From the NCBI GenBank assembly GCA_965246715.1, contig CBDFFH010000037.1:103255-167254 (forward strand): a stretch of 64,000 nt of DNA, written 5' to 3'. A model generated the notes under the pieces. It worked only from the letters and a program-made list of their open reading frames with translations. It had not been told where the DNA came from and searched no databases. This document shows, piece after piece, positions 10,772-22,247 of this stretch. This DNA is from Chamaesiphon sp. (GTDB lineage Bacteria > Cyanobacteriota > Cyanobacteriia > Cyanobacteriales > Chamaesiphonaceae). The translations under genes and the position numbers were made by a program. How positions within the stretch are numbered: the stretch's first letter is position 1; the number at the start of each line of letters is the position of its first letter.

Positions 10772-12282
10772 CAGGTTAAACGCACTTAAATTTGTTATTA
10801 CTAAAAACTTTGACGATCGAATGAATAAATAGCATCTAGAAATCTTGTAATTACTGCTAGGTAATAGTTAGAGCTAATTAACTATGTTAGAATTTAACAA
10901 ATTTAATTTAACTAAAATGAAGCTGAAGCCAAAATATAGTATTATAGAACACTTCGAGAGTGTAGAAGACTACAGGACAGAGCGCGGGAAAAAGCATAAA
11001 TTAATTGATATCATCACCATTACCATTTGTGCTGTAGTATCTGGAGCTGATACATGGATAGATATAGAAATTTATGGTTTGGCGAAGAAGGAATGGCTAG
11101 GTAAATTTTTAGAGTTGCCGCATGGTATTCCATCACATGATACATTTGGAAGGGTATTTTCACGAATTAATCCTGAAGAATTTCAAAAAAGTTTCCTGAG
11201 TTGGGTTAAAGGAATATCTAAAATAACAGCAGGAGAAATAATTGCACTTGACGGCAAACAATCTCGAAATTCAGGAGATAATACTAATGGACAAGGTGTA
11301 CTAAATACTGTTAGTGCATGGGCTGTAACTAATAGATTAGTATTAGGACAGAAAATGGTTGAGGGCAAATCTAATGAAATCACAGCACTTCCTGAATTAA
11401 TTAAAGTTCTAGATTTAGCCGGATGTATAGTTACCATTGATGCAATGGGATGTCAAAGAGAAATAGTAAAAAAAATTGTTGAAAAAGATGCAGATTATGT
11501 AATTGCTGTGAAAAAGAATCAACCAAGTTTATACGACCAAGTAGAAAGGCTATTTAAACAGGCTATTGCAACTGGTGGCGCAGGTTTCAATCTGAGTGAT
11601 TTCAGGACTAAGGAGATTAATGGGGGTAGGGAAGAAATCCGTAATTATTTAATGATATCAGATGTTGCCGATCGAATAGATTCATCCCATAACTGGATGA
11701 AATTGACTAGTATTGCGATGGTTGAATCAGTAAGAACTATTGGGGATAAAACCACCATAGAGACTCGTTATTTTATTAGTAGTTTAGCTAATAATGCCAA
11801 GAGAGTCGCCGGAGCAATTAGAGGTCATTGGGGGATAGAAAATTCACTTCATTGGGTACTTGATGTTTCTTTAAGAGAAGATTATAGTCGAATTAGGAAA
11901 GATAATGCGCCAGCTAATTTTGCAGTATTACGGCACATAGCTATTAACTTAATTAGTCAAAATAAAAGTCGGAAATTAAGTGTGAAAAGCAAGAGATTTC
12001 TAGCAGGTATAGATGACAAATACTTGGCTGAAATTTTAGAAGGTATTTTATAATTTACGAACTATTGGTTGAAATCAAATTACTTCTATAATATATCGAC
12101 GATTTAAGTTATTCCTTCGATCGACTACTTTATATTGCATTAAATTAAATAAATATTGCCTTATACTATACATCAGTTCTAATTGAATTCGTCGTAAATG
12201 TATTTAGTTCATAAATACTGCTTAAGTTGTATGTATTATTGAATTCGATCGCCTCATATCAAGTTTTGATGCGTTTAACCTG
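10772..12282 (+). mobile_element. ISAs1-family insertion sequence, apparently intact
   Basis: TIRs CAGGTTAAACGCA / TGCGTTTAACCTG and 10-bp TSD CATAACCTTT. AT-rich and HIP1-poor. Confidence 0.92.
10917..12053 (+). CDS. ISAs1 transposase
   Basis: PSHDTF, ALDGK, TIDAMGCQ and HWGIENSLHW motifs. Confidence 0.95.
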   Translation: MKLKPKYSIIEHFESVEDYRTERGKKHKLIDIITITICAVVSGADTWIDIEIYGLAKKEWLGKFLELPHGIPSHDTFGRVFSRINPEEFQKSFLSWVKGISKITAGEIIALDGKQSRNSGDNTNGQGVLNTVSAWAVTNRLVLGQKMVEGKSNEITALPELIKVLDLAGCIVTIDAMGCQREIVKKIVEKDADYVIAVKKNQPSLYDQVERLFKQAIATGGAGFNLSDFRTKEINGGREEIRNYLMISDVADRIDSSHNWMKLTSIAMVESVRTIGDKTTIETRYFISSLANNAKRVAGAIRGHWGIENSLHWVLDVSLREDYSRIRKDNAPANFAVLRHIAINLISQNKSRKLSVKSKRFLAGIDDKYLAEILEGIL

Positions 12283-12309
12283 CATAACCTTTGCTTCACG
12301 AGAATTTTT

Positions 12310-13167
12310 ATGTTTTCTCCATCCGATCTTACTTCCCCAAATTTCGAGCCACAAAGCCCGCTCCCTTCCGTTAGCCTCGATTGGTCTTCACAAGAGTCTA
12401 TTTCAGCTCGTGCCAGCATTGTCGGAGAGCGACTCGCGCTCAAATCGCTTGAAAGCATCAAGCCGTTAGCAACCAATCCATTAATCGTTCGTGCGGGGGC
12501 CACGGGTTTCGCTGTACTCCTTCGCTACGGTGCGATCGTGACATTCAACCTCAGTATCGAGGAAGAACGCAAACTGCTAAAAACGCTCGCGTCCCATATT
12601 CGCGACCCCCTCAAAGCTACAGCATCGGAAGTTCTGGCGATCGCATTTCGCCCGAATGTGAATGAGCGATTGGAAAGTGAAATTCTCTGGTTGCAAGAAT
12701 GCAGTGCGGAACGCTTACAAATTGTTGCAGAAGCGTTGGGCAAAAGTGTCGTACTAGACTATTACGAACAGGAAATATCGCGCCTATTTGAAAGCATCAA
12801 ACCATTCACTACTGCCATTCAAGGGAAAAACCTCCGCCCGCCCAAGGAGAAAGAATTACTTAGCTACATTGGTGGCATGTTGCTCATCCAGCAAAAAATG
12901 CTCGGCATTGTTGAAGTAGGCGAAAGGCCAGATGCGACCTGGGATCGCCCAGAATTAGGTCGCTTGTACTTGCGACTTGAAGATGAATACGAACTACGCG
13001 AGCGATTGGTGGCTTTAGAGCAAAAGCTAGCACTGATTTCTAAAACCGTAGAAACTGCCCTGGGGATTTTACAGCGCAACAGCAGTCACCGCGTGGAATG
13101 GTACATTGTTATTTTGATTGTTGTGGAAATTGTCTTGTCAATTTACGATTTATGGATGAGGAACTAG
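12310..13167 (+). CDS. RMD1/DUF155 family protein
   Basis: YGAIVTFN, PDATW and EDEYELRER motifs, C-terminal EWYIVILI membrane segment. Confidence 0.85.
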   Translation: MFSPSDLTSPNFEPQSPLPSVSLDWSSQESISARASIVGERLALKSLESIKPLATNPLIVRAGATGFAVLLRYGAIVTFNLSIEEERKLLKTLASHIRDPLKATASEVLAIAFRPNVNERLESEILWLQECSAERLQIVAEALGKSVVLDYYEQEISRLFESIKPFTTAIQGKNLRPPKEKELLSYIGGMLLIQQKMLGIVEVGERPDATWDRPELGRLYLRLEDEYELRERLVALEQKLALISKTVETALGILQRNSSHRVEWYIVILIVVEIVLSIYDLWMRN

Positions 13168-13240
13168 CCTCTTGCTCCGAGAATACTGTGGACGATCGAG
13201 ATTTTTCGTCAGAAATCTTTAGCGGGTTATGTTGCTACTA

Positions 13241-13630
13241 AGTAGCTAAGTGGAATTAAATATAAAACGATTGAGAGTGTAGTTATGTCGATCGCCACGA
13301 GCCTTCATTCCATCCATCACGGCGACAGCCAAGTCATACTGATTATCAAATATTCGTCCAGTCAACTCATGATTTTTGAGTTGATGCCATTGACCCTCAA
13401 TTGGATTCATTTCTGAACAGTAAGGGGGTAAAAAGAAGATTGATAGCCCTTGCTCCTGCGATCTGGTAAATTGTTGACGGACAATTTTACTATTATGTAA
13501 AGAGCCATGATCTTGTACCACAACAGTTAATCGACCTGTTAGTGCTAGAGTAGTCGCCGCTTTGTTGGCAACCCAATCCATGACTTTAATGTAGCTTTGA
13601 CTATTTTATATTTAATTGTCCTTACCTACT
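13241..13630 (-). mobile_element. 390-bp IS630 deletion derivative (same element as 5128-5800)
   Basis: Same TIRs and TA flanks. Near-identical transposase 3' part. Confidence 0.92.
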
Positions 13631-13688
13631 TAAGAGGTTGGATCGGCCGATAAACTGGTTGCCATATCCAGCCTATTCATTATTGCAA

Positions 13689-14363
13689 CTAATCGATCGG
13701 CTGTCTGCACTCAGCGCTATCGTTTTTAGGACTATTCACCAGACTGCTGACAGGATAGATCTTCATCTCTACTGCTGGATAGGGTTTGAGTAAAGTTTGC
13801 AAACTACCGATTTCACCAAAGCTGGGGTCGAGCCACAGATTGTAGTCGTTGCGATCGAGAATCACAGGCATTCGATCGTGAATTGGTTCGACTAAATCGT
13901 TAGCAGCGGTCGTAATAATGGTACATGTTTCCAAAATATCCCCACCAGGACTTTCCCACCGTTCGTACAAACCCGCAAACGCAAACAGTCGCTCGTCCTG
14001 CAAACCGATAAAATAAGGCTGTTTCTGGCGGCTCCCTGCCACCTGTTGCCACTCATAGAAACCAGTAGTTGGAATCAAACACCGCCGTTGCCGAAAGGCG
14101 GAGCGAAAGGATGGTTTTTCACTCACAGTCTCGGCTCTAGCGTTAATTAGCTTGTAACCGATCTTCGGATCTTTAGCCCAAGCTGGAATCAATCCCCACT
14201 GCAACATCTGTAATTGGGGCTTAGAAGTATCTGGCAACCGCACAATTGCCGCCACCGACTGAGAGGGCGCAATATTATAACGCGGTGGCAAGTCGTCGCT
14301 CTCTACTCCAAACACCGCCGCAATCTCTGCTACCGAACTCGATAGAGAAAATCTACCACACAT
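13689..14363 (-). CDS. SOS response-associated peptidase (SRAP/YedK/HMCES)
   Basis: N-terminal MCGRF, INARAET, GFYEW and HDRMP motifs. Confidence 0.95.
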   Translation of the reverse strand: MCGRFSLSSSVAEIAAVFGVESDDLPPRYNIAPSQSVAAIVRLPDTSKPQLQMLQWGLIPAWAKDPKIGYKLINARAETVSEKPSFRSAFRQRRCLIPTTGFYEWQQVAGSRQKQPYFIGLQDERLFAFAGLYERWESPGGDILETCTIITTAANDLVEPIHDRMPVILDRNDYNLWLDPSFGEIGSLQTLLKPYPAVEMKIYPVSSLVNSPKNDSAECRQPID

Positions 14364-14604
14364 AATCTTTCCCCCTTTACCCTTTCCTCACCCAACCAGA
14401 ACCCAACCAGATTAAAACCCGCCCTCACCAATGGTATATCCCCATAGGTCGTAAACCGAGGCGATCGACGACGGCACCTCAGTCGCCTGAGAGAACATAG
14501 AGGGCGATCTCCCGATCGCGTCTGATGATAGTACTAGTATACTCTTTCCGAAACAAGTAGTAAAGGTTAGTACCCCGCTTTGAAATTATTTGGTGGTTTG
14601 ATTC

Positions 14605-15339
14605 CGATTTTGATAAATAGGCTGTCAAGGTAGCCGCTACTTGTTTTGGATCGTAACCTGGTTTTACTTTTAATAAACCTACATTAACATTAGTTTGGGA
14701 TTGGCGGGGTAACAACCTGAGATAATTATCCTGACTAGTCATCATATGACCGTCAGCACCAAAAGAAGAACCAAGTTGAAATAATCCCTCAACAGATATC
14801 GTGCGGCGTTCGATCTCGGTAGTTACAGTTTTACCAGCTTTTACATCAGCGATAACTTTGTCATAGGTACCTCTATCTTTTGAGTCAAATAGTAATGTAT
14901 CTGGTTGTTTAATTCTATCTAATTGTTTATTAACTTCTGTGAAATTAAATGCCGGTCGATCGAGATTAAAGCCAATGATTAATAAACTTTTCTTTTCACG
15001 GGTTTGGGGATTTTTCCAAGTTATCGGGCTGACATACATGGCATCTGCTGACTCTACTCCCGTGACATCCATCGCCTGATATAGTCGGCGACGTGGAAAT
15101 GTAGACATTGCTGTAAAATTTAATGCTTGGGGACTAAAAATAATTACATCGGCATTTAACATCAAATGCAATCGCGTTGCACCATTAAATAAAGCACCTT
15201 GAAAACCTAACTGTAATAAGATCGAAATATCGGCAAAAGCCACACCCGCGATCGCGGCTGCAAATCGGCTTTTATGATGGGTAAGTTGCAGCCATCCTCA
15301 TGGCGTTCTGCGTCTAATTACTTGGATGAGATTTAGCAT
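14605..15339 (-). pseudogene. devC: DevC-type ABC exporter permease, with nonsense codon and 3' truncation
   Basis: Reads MLNLIQVIRRRTP*GWLQL…GVAFAD…QLGF, with TGA at 15298-15300. C-terminal TM helices missing. Confidence 0.8.
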
Positions 15340-15381
15340 TAGACTTACTATAATAAATAGTTGTTTTTCATTAATTCTCGC

Positions 15382-16085
15382 TTACTGAGAATCCAGTGAA
15401 ATTACTGCTTGAATTTGTAAATTGGTAAATTTAGATGCTTTCTGGCTCGATTCTGGATCTAAAGCCACATGAACTTCGACGATGCGATCGTCAATATTAC
15501 TAGTCGGATCGGCATTAATTGTATTTTGACGTTTGACTTGAATGCCGACTCGTTCTACCGTTCCTTTTACTTCGCTAGGGATAGAACTGCTAGTGATTTT
15601 TGCTATCTGTCCGACGCGAACTTTATTAACATCACTTTGATAAACTTCGACCACTCCATACATGCGTTCGGTTCTCCCAATATCTGCAATCCCATTCGTC
15701 CCTACTACTTCCCCAGGACGCGCATAAATTTGATAAATTTGACCGTCTTGCGGTGACTTAATATAAGCTTGGGCTAAATTTTGCTCGGCGCGTTGTTGGG
15801 AGGCGATCGCACTTTTGACATCGGTTTCGGCAGCCATCACATCGACTGAACGCACCTCAGCAATTTTATTTAAAGTAAATTGACTTTCTTTAATCTGTTG
15901 CTGCATCGACGTTTCGATCTTACGTAAATTAGCCTTTGCTTCATTTATTTGTTGTTGTCCCGATCGTTCGATTCGGCTTAAATTAGCCTTGGCTTCGGTG
16001 ATTTGTTGTTTCCCAGAAGCTTGAATCCGTTTTAAATTTGCCTGTGCCTGATTGACTTTTTGCTGTGCTGTTTGTAAAGTTAACC
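15382..16085 (-). pseudogene. devB: DevB/HlyD-type membrane fusion protein, 5'-truncated
   Basis: Coiled coil, IKSPQDG, VEVYQSD and D.RIVEV motifs. N-terminal anchor absent. Confidence 0.8.
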
Positions 16086-16391
16086 GTTTAGTATCGCCGA
16101 TCGACCGATCGCGTGTAGTCGATAATCTGATGGAGTTTATGTTGAAATCTCTGGCACAACCGCTCCCAGGGGGAATCAAAGATTGATGAAGATGTTAAAT
16201 ATCTGTCTTTTGAGTAAGCTGTCCTAGATGATGATGCGATCGAAAACCTGTCCCATTAGCCTTGCAGAACATCCGATCGCTAGCCAGAAGTGTTATTTGT
16301 GACTTGAAGGTAAAGTTGGCCACATTAGATACTTAAAGCTGGCCACATCAAAGCCTGTAGCTCCTATCGTATTGTTAGGTCAGAATGTAAG

Positions 16392-16592
16392 GGACTTACA
16401 AGTAAAAAATAATTCCAGCTTTGATTCTGGGGTGTAGAAAATATCAACAAACCATTTACCAAGATTCAGTTGCTCACCTTGTACTTCTAAACAAGTTAAT
16501 CGTTGAATTTGATTTTCCACCTCTACCATTGCTTGTTTAGTAAGTTTGACCCCAGTTTTATAGATTTCAAATTTGACTACAGGATTTCCCCC
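16392..16592 (-). mobile_element. ISAzo13-family transposase 3' fragment
   Basis: NPVV…YKTGVKLTK…LGKWFVDI motif. Confidence 0.65.
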
Positions 16593-16702
16593 CTTCCTGT
16601 TGCTACAAGCGATCTCTTAAATACAAGGTGTTAAATTTATTTAACTTGTATTAAATGGTACTTTTGTACTCCGAGCAAATGATGTTCTAACTTCCAGCCA
16701 AA

Positions 16703-16954
16703 CTATTGCTCGAGCTTCGCCACAAATTCCGATCCTGCAAAAGTGCTGTCGATCCAAATCACTTTTAGGCACTGCCACAACCAAGCCCAAAACGTGGCTA
16801 GTAAAATCATCCCTGCATGGTCAGAGCGTCCAGCACTATGAACACAGACACCCAGCAGCAGACCCATCAGATCGACCAGGATGGTTCGGTTACGTCCCTT
16901 GACCTTCTTACCACCGTCAAATCCAATGTCCTCACCCCCACTGGCTGTTTTCAT
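16703..16954 (-). mobile_element. IS5-family transposase fragment
   Basis: GFDGGKKVKGR…VD..GL…SD motif. Confidence 0.8.
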
Positions 16955-17190
16955 CTGTGAGGTCTGTATCGTATGCTAGTCTTATCATTTTTGGGTCTTT
17001 GCTCGACCCTTTTACTCTACAACCTTCTTTTCAAACAAGTTCTGAGGAAGAGGATCGATCGATCGATTAGTAATTTGGTGGTCAGAATTGTCATGAAGGC
17101 TCTCGAAGAGCGGCAATCGAAGTAGAGAAGCCCCACTTTCCGAGGGTAGATAAGATAGGGCTACTAAAAGCCCTAATTACTGTCCGAAAT

Positions 17191-19575
17191 CTACTGCCAG
17201 TTACCAATTAAAACAAATGGTGCCCAGTAGTAAGGAGAATGATATTTAGGATTGCGGAGCAAAGTTTGTTGCGCCTGTCGCAAGGATTCACCCTTATTTA
17301 AATTTTTAATGACTAGATTTTGGTAAAGACTAACCATTAACTCTTCAGTTGCTTCATCATTAACCGACCACAAAGAAGCGATCGTACTTTTAGCTCGCGC
17401 CCTAATCGCTATACCAGCTAGCCCTAGTGTAGCGCGGCGATCGCCTCTAGCTGTCTGGCAAGCACTCAATACTAATAGCTCGATCGCATTTCCCGATCTA
17501 GTCCCACGATCTTTGAGCAGATTACTAAACCGATCGAGATTCAATCGATCGTTCCAAGTGAGAATATATGTGTCTTCAGCTGTAGAACTAAATTGTCCGT
17601 GAGTTGCAAAATGGACGATCGGGGCATTACTAGCAACTAAATTATTCGATACGAGTTGATTATTAAATCTTTCGTTGAGCAGTGTTTGATGAGGCACCAA
17701 CCGACCGATCGATTCGATTTCGGATTTGGCATTTGGTAATGCCGAAAAATCTTGATTACTTTCTGAAATACCACCCAACAGTACTTGAGGTCGAATTCGA
17801 TCTGTGGACTCTCGGGGTGGAACTAGTTGTAATCCTGGAGTCAGGGCTATATTATAACTTTCGACTAGATATTTTTTCCCATCGTACAATACTGACATCG
17901 GAATATTTCGGAAGGATCCATCCAAAACGAAGACTAAAGTTTTAGTATTAGCTTTAGTCAGATCTCCTGTGACGGGAGCTACTAGGAAGTCGTAGATTTG
18001 TTTAGACTGTTGTTTGAACGCTTTCTCTTGCTGGGAATTAAAGTTGGGATCTTGGATTTTACGTTGGAGTTCAGTAATCGTATTTTCAACTGTTGCTGTA
18101 GATATTTTTTGACTATAGTATCGTAATGGTTGTCCGGGAATAGAAGCGATCGTTGCTACTCGATCGGGTAAAATAATTGGATAAATTACCGCAGCAGTTC
18201 GATCGATCTTATCTAATCGAACGGTATACGTATCTAAGCAATCCTGGCGGAGAAAATTTTCTAATTCGGCAACTTGTAAGGATTCGATCGTATCGCGAGC
18301 ATTTGCCAGATTTTCTTCAGAGATTGTCTTACCATCTTTGAGTAAGAGGTTGACGTATTCTCGATAGACAGGTTCGACGCTATCGCGGAATGAAAATTGG
18401 AGATCGGTATCGATCGCATTGAGATCGTTGCGTAATAATTTGAGATGATTAATCGCTTGGCGATAAGCAGAAATTGCAGTTTCCAGATCTCGATCTTTAG
18501 GATTGCTAGCAGCGATGATTTTACCCAATTGCCAATCGAGTCGATAGGCAAGATCGGGGGCTGGTAAATTTTCAGCAATCGTTAAAGCTTGTTGAGTTAA
18601 TTTTTTTGCTTCTTGACTTTGCCCAGTCATGGCGTATAAGCTACCCAAAGACCCGATCGCTTGAGCTTCGCTGCGCGGATCTTTGATGCTTCTAGCTCGA
18701 TCGATCGCAGTAGTTAATAACCGCGCAACTGGTAGTAATAATTCTCGATCGAGAGTGCTATTATTTTTGTTCTTAATGGTTTCTGCTAACTTGATATAAG
18801 TATAAACCGTACTACGGCTGGGCGCAATTGCCTCTAAAATCTGACGATTAGATTGTAAAAATTTTAATGTGTTCGGTACACTGGTAACTGGGGTCGATCG
18901 ATACACATTAATCTGAGCCTGTACTCGAATTAATGGTGCAGCATCTGGAGCGATCTTTTGATAGATCTCGATCGCGGCTTGTTGTTGTTCGTTCCCACCA
19001 ATTAAGCTGAGTGTATCACCTAAGCCTAAATTGATGCGATCGATCGCGGCTCGATCTTGAAGCTTTGTAGCCGTATTTAGGGCTTGAATTAGTATTTCTT
19101 TAGCACCTAAAGTTACTCGATCGTTCTCTATTCGTCTTTTATCTAGGATTCTTAGGGCGCGGAGGGAGTTACCTAATTCGATTAGTCCCCGCAGTTTGAG
19201 ATCTGAATCTGGCTGGTTTTGAAGGGTGGTATTAACTTCTTGGAGAGTCGATAGTGCTTGACGATAAAACCCTAGCGATTGGAGTGCTTGAGCTTGATTG
19301 ATTTTAGTACCGATGATTCCCTGAGTGTCTTTAATTTGGATATAAAGTTGATGCGCTTGTTGCCAATTTGTCAAGGCAAGATCGGGATTACCTGCGGCTA
19401 AAAATGCTGCCCCACTTTGATTTAAGTTTTGAGCGGCTTTGAGGAGAGAATTATTAGAGTCTACAGTTTTATTGACAGTAGTTGATGTTGGAATGGATAA
19501 GACCCGATCGGCTACTGGTAAAATTGCTAAGCCACTTATTAAGAAGATCGATAGATATATTTTAGAATGATTCAT
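17191..19575 (-). CDS. Secreted TPR + CHAT (caspase-like) domain protein
   Basis: Signal peptide, TPR helices, HFATHG and LSACQTA catalytic motifs, C-terminal PYYWAPFVLIGNW. Confidence 0.92.
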   Translation of the reverse strand: MNHSKIYLSIFLISGLAILPVADRVLSIPTSTTVNKTVDSNNSLLKAAQNLNQSGAAFLAAGNPDLALTNWQQAHQLYIQIKDTQGIIGTKINQAQALQSLGFYRQALSTLQEVNTTLQNQPDSDLKLRGLIELGNSLRALRILDKRRIENDRVTLGAKEILIQALNTATKLQDRAAIDRINLGLGDTLSLIGGNEQQQAAIEIYQKIAPDAAPLIRVQAQINVYRSTPVTSVPNTLKFLQSNRQILEAIAPSRSTVYTYIKLAETIKNKNNSTLDRELLLPVARLLTTAIDRARSIKDPRSEAQAIGSLGSLYAMTGQSQEAKKLTQQALTIAENLPAPDLAYRLDWQLGKIIAASNPKDRDLETAISAYRQAINHLKLLRNDLNAIDTDLQFSFRDSVEPVYREYVNLLLKDGKTISEENLANARDTIESLQVAELENFLRQDCLDTYTVRLDKIDRTAAVIYPIILPDRVATIASIPGQPLRYYSQKISTATVENTITELQRKIQDPNFNSQQEKAFKQQSKQIYDFLVAPVTGDLTKANTKTLVFVLDGSFRNIPMSVLYDGKKYLVESYNIALTPGLQLVPPRESTDRIRPQVLLGGISESNQDFSALPNAKSEIESIGRLVPHQTLLNERFNNQLVSNNLVASNAPIVHFATHGQFSSTAEDTYILTWNDRLNLDRFSNLLKDRGTRSGNAIELLVLSACQTARGDRRATLGLAGIAIRARAKSTIASLWSVNDEATEELMVSLYQNLVIKNLNKGESLRQAQQTLLRNPKYHSPYYWAPFVLIGNWQ

Positions 19576-19602
19576 TAGCTTAGTAATTACGACGATCTAT
19601 AG

Positions 19603-21432
19603 TTAAAATGACCGATCGTAACTAAGCCCGAAGTAAAATCCGCGCTCTTGCCCAGTGCGTTTGACAGTATCGATCGAGGTGAAGGGAATACCATAATCTA
19701 GTCTGGCAGTGAAATTGTCACCACTTTGATAGCGCAGTCCTACGCCACCGGAAGCAATGGTGCTGGGGTTGGGACTGGGACTGGGATTATTAGGTTGATT
19801 CCAGCCCAGCCCAAAGTCGAGGAAAGGTACTAATTGCAATATTTGCTTGCTCTGTGGCGGGGTAAAAATCGGTAGTCTCACCTCTGCGCTAGCGACGATC
19901 CCATTATCTGCCAGTAATAAATCTTGGCGGTAGCCGCGCACGGTATCTTGTCCCCCCAAACCAATTTGTTCGAGCGCAAGGAGGGGTCGATCGGCTATTT
20001 GACTATCTAACTTCACCAGAAATATACTATTGGGAGCCAGCGCGCGGACATATTGAGCCTGTCCGCGCCAAGCCAAAAATTGACTGTCTGGCGAACTGGA
20101 ATTGATGGTAGCACCGAGGGCATTTACCCCCAGGCTTAATTGCGATCGAACGGCGAAGACTTGTTGGGTATCTCTGATGGTGTAGTCTTGGAAAAAGCGG
20201 GCTGTTGTCACCCGCGTCAAGCCATTAGCATCCGCACCAGGAGTAGGGTAAGCGATTCGTTCGCCGATGACGGAGAACAGATAGCCAGTATTTATCTCCC
20301 GCCGAGCTAGCGTCGCTCCGAGCGCAAATTCTTGGGATGGTGTTTGCAAGATCGGTTGGCGATAAGTCAATCCAAAATCTTGACCCATACTGTTGATATC
20401 CAACCGATCGAATGGTGGTTCGATGACCCGACTATTGAAGTTGCTATATTGAAAGCGGAGGGTACCATTATGAGGATTGAGTGGCAACGTATAGTTGAGA
20501 TCGAAGATATTACTCCCCTCACTTTTACCATAGGCAACAGCGATCGGATCGCCCAAACCCGTAAGATTATTCTGAGATAGTGCGACTTGGGCTTGAATTT
20601 CACCGACACTAGGAGAGCGATTATTGGCGATATTTACGCCTGTTTGCCAATTAGGATTTTCGATGACTTTGAGCTGGACGATGCTAGTGCCTGGTTGTTG
20701 TCCGCTCACTAGTTCCGTGCTGATACTTTTAATCAGGGGATCGAGTTGCAGGAGTCGCAAACTATCGATCAGTCGATCGATTTTGAGAACTTTACCCGTA
20801 CCTAGTGCGATTCGACTCTTGATATAGTTGGGATCTAGTCGCCTAGTGCCAGTAACGACGATATCTTCGACCCTACCTTCAATGACTTGAATCTCGATCG
20901 TTCCCTCACGAACATCAATAGATTGATTGCCAGGAATATATGCCCCAGAATTGATGTAGCCATTCTTGACATATAACTGGGTAATCTCGCTGGCAACTTG
21001 GAGCAGTTGGGTAAAGTCGAGGGGTTTATTGGTATATTGTCCGGTGATTCGATCGAGATCGGCAGGAGTAAAGACGCTGCTCCCATTAACTTTAAAGCTT
21101 GTGATAACGATCGATTCTGGTAAATTGCTCGGTACGCTCGGTTGACTGGGGAGAGTTTGAGGAGGCGTGTTCGGGAGAATTTCTTGTGAGGGTGGAAGTT
21201 GCGGTTTGGGTGGTTCGACTGGTTGCGGTGCGGGTCTTTGGAAATCGGGACGCGGTAGGGTCGGTGTGGCTTGGGCGAGATCGCCTGGGGTTGTTAGCTG
21301 GGGAATTGGGGCTGCAAATCCAATTGCTGGATTACCTACAATCAATAGTGTCACGATCTCACAAACACCAATTATGCCTGTCGAAGTTAAGAGTGAAGAT
21401 AAAAGCTTGAATTTGGAAATCGACTTTAACAT
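19603..21432 (-). CDS. ShlB/FhaC/HecB two-partner secretion pore (TpsB)
   Basis: POTRA region (LYVKNGYINS), VRGY motif, C-terminal Phe. Confidence 0.92.
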   Translation of the reverse strand: MLKSISKFKLLSSLLTSTGIIGVCEIVTLLIVGNPAIGFAAPIPQLTTPGDLAQATPTLPRPDFQRPAPQPVEPPKPQLPPSQEILPNTPPQTLPSQPSVPSNLPESIVITSFKVNGSSVFTPADLDRITGQYTNKPLDFTQLLQVASEITQLYVKNGYINSGAYIPGNQSIDVREGTIEIQVIEGRVEDIVVTGTRRLDPNYIKSRIALGTGKVLKIDRLIDSLRLLQLDPLIKSISTELVSGQQPGTSIVQLKVIENPNWQTGVNIANNRSPSVGEIQAQVALSQNNLTGLGDPIAVAYGKSEGSNIFDLNYTLPLNPHNGTLRFQYSNFNSRVIEPPFDRLDINSMGQDFGLTYRQPILQTPSQEFALGATLARREINTGYLFSVIGERIAYPTPGADANGLTRVTTARFFQDYTIRDTQQVFAVRSQLSLGVNALGATINSSSPDSQFLAWRGQAQYVRALAPNSIFLVKLDSQIADRPLLALEQIGLGGQDTVRGYRQDLLLADNGIVASAEVRLPIFTPPQSKQILQLVPFLDFGLGWNQPNNPSPSPNPSTIASGGVGLRYQSGDNFTARLDYGIPFTSIDTVKRTGQERGFYFGLSYDRSF

Positions 21433-21494
21433 AAGAACTGTATTTTATTTAATTAACGTCAGTTCGGGTTTTGGACTGGTGCTTAGATCTTGAA

Positions 21495-22247
21495 TTAAAC
21501 TCGATCGGCTAAGAATTTCAAACCGATCGCGTCGAGCAAATCCTGCCAATTTTGAGATAGTTCGGGATCTTGGGGTTTGGCGAAATGTAAGGTGGCTAAG
21601 GTGGCGATCGCATCGTACCACAAGCCATTTTCCGCATAGAGGGCAACTCGTTTAATAGGGGTCGAGTGTTCGATCTCTTGGCTCAAATCGGGCTGCATAT
21701 CTACCCGTTGCACCCAACCATCGACAAAAAATGGCCGTTGACCGAACGTGCAAGTCATGTTTAGGGTCAAAAACCAGTGATAGGATTTATTAGTTGCTAA
21801 TGGCTCGATCGATTTGGGCAAAACAATCTGGAGTATACCTGGAGTTTGGGTGGATGCGATCTTTAGATTCTGATAGATTATTTTTGTATCTGCTGGATTT
21901 GAGTCATCCTGAAGCGTAAAGGACATATCCACGATCGCATTTTTGGCATAGGGCACGTAAAACAACAATGTCGGATGTGCCATCCCTGTCAATCCCCACA
22001 CGCGATCGCCTTGCGAGTCGCGTGTGGCAGGAACTAGTGCTGTCAACGGTCGAGCGACGACGGGACAGGCGGGATCGCGGCTGGCGGCGGCGGATCGATG
22101 ACCTGTAATCCCGCGTGGGGGTGGGGGTGGGAGCTTGAGTTTAATCGGTGCCGCGATCGCGGAAAGTAGCTTAAGTTGCCAAAAAATCGGGCAGAGCGAC
22201 AACCCGCCCAATCCCCACATCAATCTCCGCGCGATTTTAAGTCTCAT
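21495..22247 (-). CDS. DUF928 domain protein
   Basis: LTALVP, PTLLFYVPY, YHW and YAENGLWYDA motifs. Confidence 0.9.
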   Translation of the reverse strand: MRLKIARRLMWGLGGLSLCPIFWQLKLLSAIAAPIKLKLPPPPPRGITGHRSAAASRDPACPVVARPLTALVPATRDSQGDRVWGLTGMAHPTLLFYVPYAKNAIVDMSFTLQDDSNPADTKIIYQNLKIASTQTPGILQIVLPKSIEPLATNKSYHWFLTLNMTCTFGQRPFFVDGWVQRVDMQPDLSQEIEHSTPIKRVALYAENGLWYDAIATLATLHFAKPQDPELSQNWQDLLDAIGLKFLADRV

